A stretch of DNA of 63,675 nucleotides, the filler included, from Rhabdomonas costata (lineage: Eukaryota), in assembly GCA_019059605.1 (NCBI GenBank). It is 54 parts of 54 records of this genome, joined end to end, with 100 filler letters (N's around TTAATTAATTAA, not from the genome) between each part and the next. Parts side by side here need not be neighbours in the genome. Positions count along the whole stretch, not along the records: positions 1 to 1,081 come from JAHMHO010029602.1; positions 1,182 to 2,262 come from JAHMHO010029603.1; positions 2,363 to 3,443 come from JAHMHO010029604.1; positions 3,544 to 4,624 come from JAHMHO010029605.1; positions 4,725 to 5,805 come from JAHMHO010029606.1; positions 5,906 to 6,986 come from JAHMHO010029607.1; positions 7,087 to 8,168 come from JAHMHO010029608.1; positions 8,269 to 9,349 come from JAHMHO010029609.1; 46 more parts are not named here. One strand, given 5' to 3'. Within the stretch, counting starts at the first letter, position 1. Each line of letters opens with the position of its first letter. The notes under the pieces are model-generated. The model saw only the letters and a program-made list of their open reading frames with translations, ran no database searches and had not been told where the DNA came from. The position numbers and the translations under genes were made by a program. Of this stretch, positions 1 to 12,674 are shown piece by piece.

Positions 1-48
1 TCTCCTTCTTCTCCTTCTCCTTCTCCTCCTCCTCCTCCTTCTTTTCAG

Positions 49-923
49 ACCTGGTTCGCGCTGGAGGGCTGTACGTTATTGAGGACATGATGTGCAGCTT
101 TCAGCCGTACTTCGGAGGCAGCCGTCATCACCGCAGCAAGACCACCACCCTGGAGCTGATCGCGGACCTTTTCCGGAGCCTTGTCCTGGGAACCGCCTTG
201 CCTGCACCGTTCATGGAACTCGCGGAGGTGGGTTGCTCGTTTGGGATGTGCTGGTTTTGGAAGCGCCCCACGATGTCCACTCCAACGACCGCTGCGGGGT
301 GGGTAGCACACGACTCTCCAGAGTGTCCCGCCCTTCAAGTGGTGCCTCAGCCTAAAGCTGCCCCGGCGCCCGCGGCCAGTGTGGATCCGAGTGCTGGGCA
401 GTTCTACGGGTTTGGTTTTGCTGCGGCTCATCATGTGCGGTGCGCGGACACGAAGGAGGTGGTGTATGTGACGTCGCGATGCGACGGCAAAGGGGCGGAG
501 AAGTTTGTGTGGGAGGAACTTTTCCGCGACTCTGCCATTACTCGGGTTGGCCTTGCTCAAGGCTGCCTAGGATATAGCCCCGGGGCTACTATCCCTGCGG
601 TGGACGTGATTGTGGATGACGGGACTTTAGGGAACTCGTCGCGGTGGACGATTTTTTCGGACCTGTTTCACCGCAGCCTTCACCCGGGTGGGATATACCT
701 GTTTGCTGTGGGCAGCCCGTCACTGGGATTTGAGGAGTGGGCCGCAGTTGGGGAGATGATTGTGGATGCGATGTACGGGCTGTACCCGCCGCACCCCCGG
801 CCACCCTTCGAGGAGGTCCACCATACGGGGTGTGGGCCCGGGTTCTGCTTTGTCCGGAAGCTTTGGCCGTGGATGGCTCGCCCTAGCTTTGTATACAAGC
901 CGTACCGCAAGCAGAAGAAGTAA
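49..923 (+). CDS. 3' part of a class I SAM-dependent methyltransferase-like protein with two tandem motif sets
   Basis: A polypyrimidine tract and AG at 47-48 precede LVRAGGLYVIEDMMCSF. DVIVDDGTLG...LFHRSLHPGGIYLF follows later and resembles the DIIIDDGSH...LKPGGxYxIED motifs. Stop at 921-923. An internal intron near 227 is possible. Confidence 0.6.
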
Positions 924-1081
924 CAGCGCTGCGTGGGTTCTGTTTATGTTGTTCGTGACAAGTGCCGCCTGTTGTCGCTTTCGCTGACGTCTGAAATGAC
1001 TGGACAACACTCTGAGCTGCATTGACGATTCTTGCTCTTTGACACCTACCTTTTTCTTGCGATTATTTTTCTGTGGATTTC

Positions 1082-1181
1082 NNNNNNNNNNNNNNNNNNN
1101 NNNNNNNNNNNNNNNNNNNNNNNNNTTAATTAATTAANNNNNNNNNNNNNNNNNNNNNNNNNNNNNNNNNNNNNNNNNNNN
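1082..1181. other. Artificial contig spacer N44-TTAATTAATTAA-N44 (first of 53, recurring about every 1,181 nt)
   Basis: The same 100-nt spacer with a six-frame stop linker separates near-equal-length contigs throughout the window. Confidence 0.99.
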
Positions 1182-2855
1182 GTGTGTTTTCCACTGAATG
1201 GATTTAGATTTATTAGAAACCATGGCGTGTTTTCCAAATTTACCATCAGGCTTTAGAATAAATCTCCATTAAAGCTTTTACTTCTCTGAGAGTTTTCCAA
1301 TGCTTTGCTTGTAAATTTCCTCTTGGATTTCTTTTACATCTTTCTGAGCTTCCAAAAATCGCAACCGCTAACGGACGTCTCTGGCTTTTATTTTCCTGTT
1401 AGTCCCTTCTGCTTCTTTCGAGCTTCCTGTGTTGAACTTAACGTGTGAACTGTGATTCCCTGCCGGTGAAAATTTCAACCGATTATGAAACCATACCCAT
1501 AAAAAATAACCATTCCCAGAGTAGATCCTGGAGACCGGACTCCTAACAATAGCCCATCGCGTACAGGAGACGTTTTTTTTTAGCTTTTTCGAAAATATTC
1601 GGCAGTGTCGCGGGAATTTTTTCATGAAGGGGGTATTAGTTTCGAAATATTAAAGCGCCGAACGCTCGCAACCGGAATGTTTTCATCGAATAGCCCACCC
1701 CCACAAACCTGGGGCTTGAAACGCCGGCAGCTTCTCGCAAAAAGCGCAAAAAAGCTAACACAAACACACGCGGACATTTCGCGGTTATCTAAACCCCAAA
1801 ATACTCGGCCAATTCCATGGTGTACTCAAAGTGAAGATTTGTGGGCGTTGCCGTTCGCGAAATTTTTATTTTGAAAAAAACCACGCTGATATCCTGCACG
1901 CAAAGCCCGCCGTATTTGGAGCATATTGCGTTTGCGGGCAGGATGTCGACCATTTCAAATGGAGGTCATGGCGCCTTAACCGCCGCCGCGTCGTAGCACA
2001 GCCCCGCCCGAACCCGGCGCGCCCTCCCAACCGGCACTGGCCCCTTTCCATCAAGGGGTGGGCCGCAAACCGGGGGATGCGGACCGCTGCTCTCACCTTT
2101 TCCACCTAAGGGATCAGCCCTTCTCGGATTCTGGATTGAGGAGGAGCCCATTGCAAGAAGGAATAAAAGGAAAGCGGAAAAAATACCTCGGCGGGAAAAT
2201 CTTCATTTACCAACGAAACTTTTGACACAAGAAGCAATACGCATCAGCAGCAACACACCACCNNNNNNNNNNNNNNNNNNNNNNNNNNNNNNNNNNNNNN
2301 NNNNNNTTAATTAATTAANNNNNNNNNNNNNNNNNNNNNNNNNNNNNNNNNNNNNNNNNNNNGGGGTGGGGGGGGACACTGTTGTGCAGAACTCCAGCTT
2401 GGGGACGACGGCAGTGGTCGCGAGGGCCACGCTTCTGGCACCCCAGGCCGCAGCACAGCCATCGCGAGTAAGCAGACAAGAAGGACTCAGGGATCAGCAC
2501 ATCACCATCTGAACTGGAGAGGTGGATGGTCTCAATGTGGTTAAGCAGTGCCTGACTGCTCGCGTATGACGGCTTGCATGCTCGGATCGGGCAGCAGTGT
2601 CGCAGCCCTGCGGCACCCTGTCGGGGGACACTCTGCTGGACAGTGACTGGCTCTGAGTAATCCCGAGCTTATTATAGCAAGCGTTAACACAACACCGATG
2701 TTCACATTTTGGACGAGGGGAAAGTCAATAATTTACTGTAAAAGTAGTAACTGAAAACCGTTTGTGCAAGCAAGAACAGCCACAATAAGGGACTCTGTGC
2801 AGAAGATGAGAAGATGGGCGTTCTGAGCCCTGTGCCCCCCGCCCTCTCTCCACAG

Positions 2856-3201
2856 GTTACCCAGTGGCTGAGGTGGGTTGTCGATATTGTTGATATCTAC
2901 GACCTTGCCACAGTGCCCCCAGACAGCCTGGAGCTCTGCCAAGCCCTTCTCGAGTCAGTTTTCGCGTCCTCCAACGACGCTGACGTGGGGCTCCCTCTGT
3001 ACATAATGGTCAGCCTCCAGATTGGCGTCACTTTGGGTCTGCTGCGGGCGGCGGGCGGAGAGGAGGCCCGGAAGAGCCTGGGCGCGGAGCTCGCCGCGAA
3101 GTACAACTTCGAGGGCTCTCTGCGAAGGTACAACAAGCGCCGGAAGGACTTCGGCCGGGTGGTGTTCGGCTACGTGAGGGTGCTTGCAGAGCTTTCCGAA
3201 G
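2856..3201 (+). CDS. Internal exon, helical protein of unknown function
   Basis: CACAG acceptor and GTATGC donor flank a GC3-rich open frame (VTQWLRWVVDIVDIYDL...VLAELSE). Confidence 0.55.
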
Positions 3202-3721
3202 GTATGCCGAGTGTGCGAGGTCGTGTGTTTGTGTGTGCGTTGTTCGAAAGCCCCGGTGGAGGCAGAAAAGACCATACCTTGTGTTGTGCACGAAGTGCGT
3301 GCGTGCGTGCGTGCGTGCGTGAGTGGCAGCGAGGAGCGGAAAGCCTGCGGTCCCCGGAAAAATTCATCCTAGCCAAGTGCACCAAGTGTGTGTGCGCGTG
3401 CGTGTGCGTTGTGGTAATCAGGCATCATCAGTTACCCCAACAANNNNNNNNNNNNNNNNNNNNNNNNNNNNNNNNNNNNNNNNNNNNTTAATTAATTAAN
3501 NNNNNNNNNNNNNNNNNNNNNNNNNNNNNNNNNNNNNNNNNNNGGGGGTGGGTGGGGCCTACACACGAATCCAATTATTAAACAGTCATCCACTGGAGCT
3601 CAAGCGGAAGCGCGGAAAAGGCAACGGGAAACAGTAATTCCAACCCTCTTTGGATCTGAAACGGTCCTCACGAAGCAGGAAATATTGCCCGCGACAGGGT
3701 TTGTGTCGTGAAAGTCCATGC

Positions 3722-4208
3722 CTTGTCCAGAGTGCCGCTGAAGTCCACAATAGTCCTGCACATGACCTGCAGGTAGTCCTGGGTGACCTGCATCAGTCTG
3801 TCCGGATCAATCCGCTCCGACAGTGCGCTGAAGCCCACGATATCCCTGACAGGCATCCCAACAGAAAAAAAACGAGAGCCCGAAACCAATATATATCCCT
3901 GTCGGACAATGAGAGAAAAGAAAAAGGAGAAATAAAAAACACCTTGTCCAATAAACAAATGCCCGACCAGAAAAAGACAAGAAGCCACGTTAATAACATT
4001 TCGAAGGGTTTCGCAAAGTCGTTTGAGCCATGAGGCAGAACATGACGGTTTTTGCAAAGACATCCCCCCCCTCCGCACCGCGCATTGGGCATACATGAAC
4101 AGGATGCTCACTTCGCGGCGGACCATCGAATTGGTAGACATCATTTCCCCGCTCAGCACCATCTGCACAACATCTCTGGGCACGTACTTCACGAACGCCT
4201 TAAGACCT
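3722..4208 (-). CDS. Class III adenylate/guanylate cyclase catalytic domain, exons 4208-4095 and 3845-3722
   Basis: Spliced translation GLKAFVKYVPRDVV...REVSILFM|DIVGFSALSERIDPDRL...SGTLDK contains the catalytic Asp in FMDIVGF. GT-AG intron at 4094-3846. Confidence 0.9.
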
Positions 4209-4724
4209 CTACGGAGTTAACAGCAGAAGCGGCAGCAAAACCCTCATCGTGTGCGGAATAAAACGGGTTAGATTCACAAGAAACGCATGCAAACGAGAAT
4301 ACAGGAAGAAGCACCTTTCTAAAGACACGAAGGATAACTCACACGTCGAAACTTCCCGGAACTGCGAAGGGGAGGCCAGGACGCTGGACCCCGTGCGATT
4401 CTCCAGCCTCAGCAGAGCCTTAGAAAAGGCATCCCCCGAACACACCCACACAAACCATGCAAGGACCTGCTCTTGGAGCAACCGAAAGTGAAACTCAGAG
4501 CATATCTTTGCAGATGCAGAAACTAGGAGCCCGGACCTGCTCAAACCCAAAGTGCCACTCGGGACGACGAGGTAATGGTAATGGGCTCAAAAAAAAGCAA
4601 ACACACCCCAAACACACCGAACACNNNNNNNNNNNNNNNNNNNNNNNNNNNNNNNNNNNNNNNNNNNNTTAATTAATTAANNNNNNNNNNNNNNNNNNNN
4701 NNNNNNNNNNNNNNNNNNNNNNNN

Positions 4725-5742
4725 GGGTTTGGTGGACTATTTTCTGCGGGTCAAGCCGCACCAGCGGGTGCTATTTGTCGTGCCCACGCGGCCGCTGGTG
4801 AACCAGCAGGCGGAATATCTTCGCCGCGAGAGTCGGCTGGCTTCCCCTCCAGCGATTGCCGAGCTGGCGGGGGGCCGCAGCATGGGGGCCTATGACTGGA
4901 AACAGTGCCTGGAGAGAAATGCCGTGTTGATGTGCACTGCAGAGGTGGCGCGGCGGGCCTTGGTGGAGGCTTTTGTTCCCGCGTCGCAATTAAGCCTTGT
5001 GGTATTCGCCTGTGCGTTGTGCTTGGATAACTTTGCGTGTTTTTGAGTGTTTTTGTGAACTTGAATTCGGTTGGGTTTCTGTGAAAGCGCACCTGTTTGG
5101 GGTGGGGTGGAAAACGAAAACCCCGCTTTCGATTTTTTGTACAAAGTGGATTTTCCCCACGTGCTCAAAAATAGGCATCTGTTTGCGAATTGACTTAATC
5201 GCACTCATACTCCATAAGCACTTGGCAAGGCCCAAAACGAAACAGTGCATCGTGAATTGGACTCCGGCAGAACTCAGGCTCCACTGCATTATCGGGAACC
5301 ATCGTATGTATGACACTCCATACTCTCCAATACTCTCCAATGTCGCTTAAGGCTTTTGGACGTTTCAAATTCATTTGTTTAAACCCCTGAGCGCTTCCAG
5401 AGTGTTCATTTTTGACGCCAATTTGATTTTTTTATTCACTCAGAAATTATATTAGAGCATTGAAAATGGAACACCCTGTAGTTGGGTCGTTGGGTGGGAG
5501 CGGGGAGGGGGCGAGGGAACGTCGGTCTTCATAGATCCTCGATGAGTGCCACCATGCCACTGGAAACAGCCCTTACGTCTCCATCTTACGAGACGTGGTG
5601 AACCGGGAACCTTCGCACTCCCGCCCACGGGTGCTGGGCTTGACCGCGTCCTTCGTCAACGGCGCCATAGAGAACTTGCAGAGCAAGCGCGAGGCCCTGG
5701 AGGAGCTTCTGCACGCCAACGTTTTTATGCCTCACTCCGTGG
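4725..5742 (+). CDS. Dicer/RIG-I-like superfamily 2 DExH helicase, exons 4725-5001 and 5535 to about 5740
   Basis: Motif Ia VLFVVPTRPLVNQQ, motif II ILDECHHATGNSPY and motif III RVLGLTAS. The GT-AG intron at 5002-5534 joins the exons in frame. Confidence 0.85.
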
Positions 5743-7461
5743 GTGTGCATGATGGTCGGACGGATGGCATAAATGCATCAATGGCGGACTGTCGCCCACA
5801 AACCCNNNNNNNNNNNNNNNNNNNNNNNNNNNNNNNNNNNNNNNNNNNNTTAATTAATTAANNNNNNNNNNNNNNNNNNNNNNNNNNNNNNNNNNNNNNN
5901 NNNNNTTCGGGGGTAGTGAACTCCGACTTGAGGAGTTTGAGGTGAAGAACTGCCCCACCGCAAAAAAAAAATCCAACCAGATGGCTAACCGAACCACTTT
6001 TACTCGTTAAAACGTCATAACCTTTGCGTTGAAGTAACAGATAGAGTGAAAGAGAGGAGGGGGGGCGTGTGTGTTTTGGATGGGGGGAATCACAGCTCGT
6101 AAAATGTGGTAAACGTAAAGGATACAGTAGGAAAGCAATTCTCTCTCGGCGTCTCATCCCCAAACCTTCAACGAGTTCAAAGGATGGAAAAAGGGTGGCG
6201 CTGCCCAATTGCGCTGGCAGCGAAAACAGGGCAGGCCTTTCCCGCGCTGAGCTTTGCGACAGTGGAGGTGTGCAGACGCGGAGGGGCTGCTTAGAGTGCA
6301 GAGTTTGTCAGTGGCAGCTGGGACCGAGCAGCGAGAAGAAACGAGGAACAACTCGACAGAGGGAGAGGGAGGGGGTACACCAGGCGCGCCCGGGAGTCAG
6401 CATCGAAAACCAAGTAACACCTGGAAACATAACTTGAACCAAAAACCGAAACCCTTGTGTGGACCGCTGAAGTCGCACACAAGTGATGGAGGCTTCCGAG
6501 GGAAGGTTTACAGGAAGTACTATCGGAGAAGGGGTGGTCGGGGTGGGGGGGAGGCAAAACGGACAACTGTTTTTTTTATGAAGTGATACAAAACGCAAGC
6601 GGAAATTTGTGTATATCCTCGGGTAATGCCCGACACACCGTGTTTACTCCACAGCAGAGAATCATGCTAAAGATCCTGCCGCTGAATGGTGGTACTGAAA
6701 GAAGAGAAGACAAACCAAAGGAATCTGGGCTGTGCGGACAGAGCACAGACTGAAAGCAGGGCTGCAGAGACGGGTGAAAGGCCGGAAGAGCACTTATCTG
6801 TTAACACCGCCAGCAGCAAGAGACGAGGGGACGAGAGGAAGACAAGAGTGTGGAGGGTTGGATCCCAAATGGGAAGCCAAGGATAGACCGTCTCCCAGGT
6901 CATTAAGCAAAGCACCAAAAAGGGCGCCCTGTGTGTGTTTGTGTATGTGTGTGCGTGAGACCCCAACCCCCAACCACACCCAACACNNNNNNNNNNNNNN
7001 NNNNNNNNNNNNNNNNNNNNNNNNNNNNNNTTAATTAATTAANNNNNNNNNNNNNNNNNNNNNNNNNNNNNNNNNNNNNNNNNNNNGGGTGGGGTGCAGC
7101 ATGTTTGGCCTTTACTATCCCCCACCCCATGCTGGAGTCTGAATTATCTTTGGCTGCACCAATGCATCTTCGCTTTATAACACCTTCCAAAACCGTACTA
7201 AATGCCGCGATGCCGTTTTGCATTGAGCGAAGGAAATGAGTGCATGTGGATCTGATTGGGCTGTGGTGGAAGGCGTCAAAAACAATCCAAAACTGCGTCA
7301 AAAACCCTCCAAACTGTAAGTTTCGGCCAAGCTAAGCTCCGTTCTATCAATCGTTATATACACGAAGCTTTTTCTATGTTCCATTCCTTTTTCCTTCCCG
7401 CAGTGGCATAGCCTACGTTTTTTCTTGTTTCCACATTTTCTGGTTCTTTCCCCTTTCAAAG

Positions 7462-8157
7462 CTATGTGTCAAGTTGATCAAAGATGGTGCAGAGGTCGAT
7501 GCTCGGAACGACAAGGGGTGGACCGCTGCGATGTTCGCGGCGGAGAATGGCCGAGCCGAGGTGAGCTCGATGGATTGCGTCCAGCACCCCCTCCCCCCGC
7601 TTTCCAGTGTGGTTTCTTCCTTTTATAAACGAATGTGCAGCTCAGGTGCAAACGCCGATAACCTGGAAGTCACTGGGGCGAGATGTAAGGATGTTGCACC
7701 AGTCCTTCACCGTTGTGCACAGTGTAACTCGGGCCCATGTGTCCCAGCATCTGCCGCAGCCGATTCGTTCCCATGGAACGCGGCGGACCAGAGACGCCAT
7801 AGGAAATGGAAGGAGAATAAGTTACCCGTATGCTTCCGCAACTATGCGGGTGAGAAATTTTCACCATACTTTCTTTGTTACCTTTCAAACACCAAAGATG
7901 GCCGACCCTTTTGAACTCTACGTTTGATGCCCAATGCCCGGCGATGAAGGCGCTGGTTGTTTGTTCTTCTGCATTTTCGGCATCCGAGTCCGCGCTTTCA
8001 CTTTTGGACGTGGGACTTTTGACACCTTTCCTTTTGCTCTTTTTCTTTGCTTCTGCAGACCTTCACCGCACTGGCGGACCTTGGCGCCAGCCTCACCCCA
8101 AAGACGTCCGATGGGCGCACCTTACTGATGTGTTCCGCGAAGGGTGGGCTTACTGAG
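7462..8157 (+). CDS. Ankyrin-repeat protein, exons 7462-7560 and 8059-8157
   Basis: LCVKLIKDGAEVDARNDKGWTAAMFAAENGRAE and TFTALADLGASLTPKTSDGRTLLMCSAKGGLTE, each flanked by AG and GT. Confidence 0.85.
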
Positions 8158-10027
8158 GTGCGTGTTAGNNNNNNNNNNNNNNNNNNNNNNNNNNNNNNNN
8201 NNNNNNNNNNNNTTAATTAATTAANNNNNNNNNNNNNNNNNNNNNNNNNNNNNNNNNNNNNNNNNNNNGGTTGTTGGGGTAGGCTTTGCTTTATTAGCTT
8301 CAGTTCAGGCAGGTATCTTGTTGGGCGGCTGGGTACTCGTCGGTATGTGTTCGAGGTCAACGAATTACTCCCCACTTCCCATTCTGCACAGTCTCGCTTC
8401 CTCGATTTGGGATGGGGTGGAATGCCTTGTTGCGTCGGCTGAGTGCACAGACGAGCGATGTTTCTCGCCATCCCCTCTTATATGCATCTCAAGTCTTTCC
8501 TTTTCCAGCCATCCATTCGCCTGTTACGTGGGTGGTGCCTTCAACATTCTCCGCAGGCGAGTGTGGATGCCTGTCTCTGTTTTGAGCAGTGCGGGTGTTG
8601 GACCGGACACAGGGTGCTCGTCGGCCGTTCACCACCAGCGGTTACGGCCGCGGGGGGACTGCTTCATGTTCCTGCGGCATGGCAGCCCACACACCCACCT
8701 CTCCGTGCAGCACGGGGTCCCTTCTGCCGTGGCGGGGCTGATGGAAGATGGCGGGGTATGGGTTGGCTCTTCCATACCGAGCAGTGAAGGAAAAGTGTTT
8801 TCGTTTGTCAGCGCATTGAGAGACAGGCCGTCTTTTACTTAGGCGGCTTCCCCCCCTCCATGAAAAAGCCGAATTGTCAGGGTACCAATTCTGCAGGGTA
8901 AAAACGCAGAAATATCACACTGAAAAAAGGTAGCTCGTTTTCTGCTTTGCTCATTGTCCTCTAGCTTTCTAACACCGTGCTTCCCGCAACCCAGCACGAC
9001 AGCCTGCACCGCCACCCCCACCCACATTAATGCCGATGTCGCGTTTTGCAATGTTGCTTTGAGATGAGACATTGCCTTTCAACCATTTTATGCTCAGCAG
9101 GCAGATGCCGTATAGGTTAGTTAGTTCGATAACCACATCTCACCCGCAACCAACCCCCTCTTGGGTTGGTACCTGACACTCTGCGTCCTTTTCACGCATC
9201 TTCCTAAGTTACCGGTATTTTGCTGCAACAGCAATAACACTGCGAATATGATTGATAATATTCGGAACCAATTAATTGGCCATTAAGTTTGAAAAGCCCA
9301 GCTTCTGTCGATTTCGATGGAGAGGGAGAAAAGACAGAGTTGCACTCCCNNNNNNNNNNNNNNNNNNNNNNNNNNNNNNNNNNNNNNNNNNNNTTAATTA
9401 ATTAANNNNNNNNNNNNNNNNNNNNNNNNNNNNNNNNNNNNNNNNNNNNGTTTTTTGGGTGCTGTCCCGCTGTTTTCTGCTTTTCGCCGATACTCCTTCA
9501 CCCGCGGAGGACCTGGGGTTGGAATTGATTGCCTCTTCTTTCTGGTCATCGATGACCTTTGTGGAGGGACCCTAGGGTAAATACCCCTCCCACCTTCCTC
9601 GCTGCTACCAAATCCCTCAGCCCCGAGAGGCGGCGGGGCTGATTATCAAGTGTACAGTGCAGTCAGTGGTGTAACCACAAGGGCTCCACAAGCGGCTGCA
9701 ATCTTCCTCGAATCTCGGATGGTCTTGACATATGGACGGAAGTCATATTACGTTGTGCGGTGTCTCAAGGGGCGCTCAGACCCCTCCCGCCATTTCGCAC
9801 TTTGCACTTTACACGAGGGAGGGAGAGAGCACAAGAGAAAGTGGAAAGAGATGACAACGTGAGAAGGGATCTATTTCTTGCGCCAGGTAATATCAGAAAT
9901 GTCATACTACCTTTTGCTACTGGATGGAATGTGAGTGATAGATGATGTGATAGATGATACGCATGAACGAGGTGCACCCACGAGGTGCAGCAGGTGGAAG
10001 CTTGCATGTGGGATGCCAGCCGGGGAC

Positions 10028-10187
10028 CTGTGACGGCATCCCACAGGATCATTGTGTTATCTCGAGAGGTGGTAGCCAGCAGCTTGCCGTCGTTGGAGAA
10101 GCAGCTACTGATGATCGTGTCCTCGTGGCCGAAAAAGGAGACGATCTCCCGCCCCGTGCAGACGTCGTGCATACCCAGCGAGCAGTC
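10028..10187 (-). CDS. WD40-repeat protein exon
   Basis: GHEDTIISSCFSNDGKLLATTSRDNTMILWD is a canonical GH...WD repeat, flanked by AG and GT. Confidence 0.85.
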
Positions 10188-10630
10188 CTGAAACCAAAGT
10201 GTGGGAACGGGGACTGGTCCCACCGACCCTGAAGCTCAGAGAATGTTCACCGGGACCAAAGATCTTTAAACTTCCACACTTCTGGATGTCCTGCGGCACC
10301 CCAACTGGGAATGTAACGCAGCAGATTCACAGAAGAGAGGAAAGAGACTGTTCCCTTCCATATCTCTTAAACATCCCATCGGAACACCATATCCCCCCCC
10401 CTTTTCACCACTTCCCTCCTCACCAGCGCTTGGGGTCCCTCTCTGTAGCCTTCGTTTGAGTTAACACAAGGGTTCTCCAAGTATACTCACAGGTCACTTC
10501 AGAAGTCACCAGACCCGGCACCCGGAAGGGNNNNNNNNNNNNNNNNNNNNNNNNNNNNNNNNNNNNNNNNNNNNTTAATTAATTAANNNNNNNNNNNNNN
10601 NNNNNNNNNNNNNNNNNNNNNNNNNNNNNN

Positions 10631-11711
10631 ACATATATAAATTCACGGCACAACCACGACGTGCTATATGTTTTTGTGTCAAGTCCTTCAATTTTATTAT
10701 TACTTCCTTTACACAACACAATACTAGTATTACCCATTGCACCGTTTTTATCAACTAAACGGAATGTCTGGCCATTTTTATATGTTCCAGACACTGAAAA
10801 GGGGAATGCTGTTAATAGGGCAAAAGATCCAACAAAAAAGACCGTATTTACATAATCTGGTATTGGAGTGTTAGCATTATTTAAATCTGTGATCCTAAAA
10901 CCTTGTGTACCATAATTTGGCAGAGAACTATAATAAACAAATTTATAAGTAGTATCTCTGAGTTGTTCATCAGGTTGAACAAATGTTGTTAGATTGTCCT
11001 TTAAAATAAATAATGCGCTGTCCATGTAGGGCATATATGGGTAAAAGTAAGTGTCACATCCAACAGTTGGTTTTTTTAGTACAACATAAAACGTGAAACC
11101 ATTAGTAAGTTTTGACATATCGGGCATAATGATGATTTGACGAAAGTCAGCAGGCCTATCATTATCACAAGCGAATAAGGTTATCGTATTTTCTGGTTGT
11201 ATTTGTATTGTTTGATAACCATTTACAAATAGATTAGTTGGGAACCAAGTTATTAACACCTGAATAAATATATTTGTTTGTGTAAGTGTTTGTGTTTGAT
11301 TAGTCCATGTATTACCATTGTACACGATCGCTTGATCTTTCAACGGATTAGATATTTGGACATCTGATAAACCATCCAATGTTGTATTTAATGTTGTGTT
11401 AGTCCAGACACCAGACATATAATGTAACACTTGATAATCAGAAGGTGCGGATATAGAGCAATCCTCCAAACCGGCCAAATTTTTAATCAATGTTATACCT
11501 GTATTAATCCATTTTGAGCCGTTATATTGTAAAAATTCACCAATAGTTGCAGAAGCTACAGAAACATCACTTAACCCCGACAAAGAAGAAATTAAATTCA
11601 AGGTGGCATTGTTCCATTTTTTCAGGGTTGAACTGTACTGTAAAATGTGAGAATCAGAAGGGTTAGCAATATTTGTGTCGGATAAGGATGATAAGGGAAC
11701 ATCAATTTCAC
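10631..11711 (-). CDS. Partial intronless AT-rich ORF, virus/phage fiber-like structural protein with four repeats of about 33 aa
   Basis: The frame is open across the whole contig, extending upstream of the listed start as EIDVPLSSLSDTNIANPSDSHILQYSSTLKKWNN. Repeats follow LxxLxDxx(I/V)xxxxxxxx(L/I)xYxxxxWxN. Composition is much more AT-rich than the host contigs. Confidence 0.6.
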
Positions 11712-11814
11712 NNNNNNNNNNNNNNNNNNNNNNNNNNNNNNNNNNNNNNNNNNNNTTAATTAATTAANNNNNNNNNNNNNNNNNNNNNNNNNNNNNNNNN
11801 NNNNNNNNNNNGGG

Positions 11815-11995
11815 TGTTGGTACCTTAATTATAACTTTTGGAATGTCTCCTATTACGCGTCCCTGCCCTTCCGAAACGCTGCGAGGCTGGTCTTGGACTC
11901 TGAATCGTCTGACCTCTCACCCTCGGGGCGCGAAAAGGAGAGGACAGGGACGCGTAATAGGAGACATTCCAAAAGTTATAATTAAGGTATCAACA
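11815..11995. repeat. Terminal inverted repeat 11815-11865 / 11945-11995, probable amplification fold-back
   Basis: Near-perfect reverse complement of about 50 bp beginning at the contig end. Confidence 0.85.
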
Positions 11996-12674
11996 TGACA
12001 AAGAAACCGTGCTGCAATGAAGACTTTGCGCTCTGGCCTTTTTGTTCGCAAGCAAACACCACACAAAACATGGTCGTATCAGAAAGATAGGCCAATAAAC
12101 TGTTTTCTACTCATAATGGGCACGTCTCGCTGAAAAATATATGGGTCCCTTAAGAACACATCCAATGGAATCAGGCAGTGCAGCATACGTCCAAAAGATC
12201 GTTAATCAGAAAAAGCAGCGCGCTTCCGCTACAGCGGATGCAGTGAGTGCACTCGCGCTGCTTCGAGTCCAGCGAAGTGGTCTCCAGAAGAATCTTAGCA
12301 AAGAAAAATGGTATCGCGCGAAAATCTGAATCTCTACACAGACTCCACAGGTCGCCACAATCGCCAATGACCAGGAAAGCATCTCATCTTGTTTACGCAC
12401 GAACGCGGAAAGGATAGGTGGACGCCACCTCCATGGCTTGCTGCTAAGGCCCTGCATAGAACCTTTTTTTTTAGAAACAACTCCTTTTAACACCGGCGCT
12501 CGGGCAAGCAAAATTCAAACGGAAATGCACGGCTTTTTCGCAACAGGTGCCAATTTTCCTTTTTTTTTTCCGTTTCATCAGGAATCGGCAAAATAGAACA
12601 AAAAAGATGCAACTGTCAGGAAATGGGACCACCATAGAAGCTCTTCCCCACTCAAGCACCAGGCCAGAGCATGC

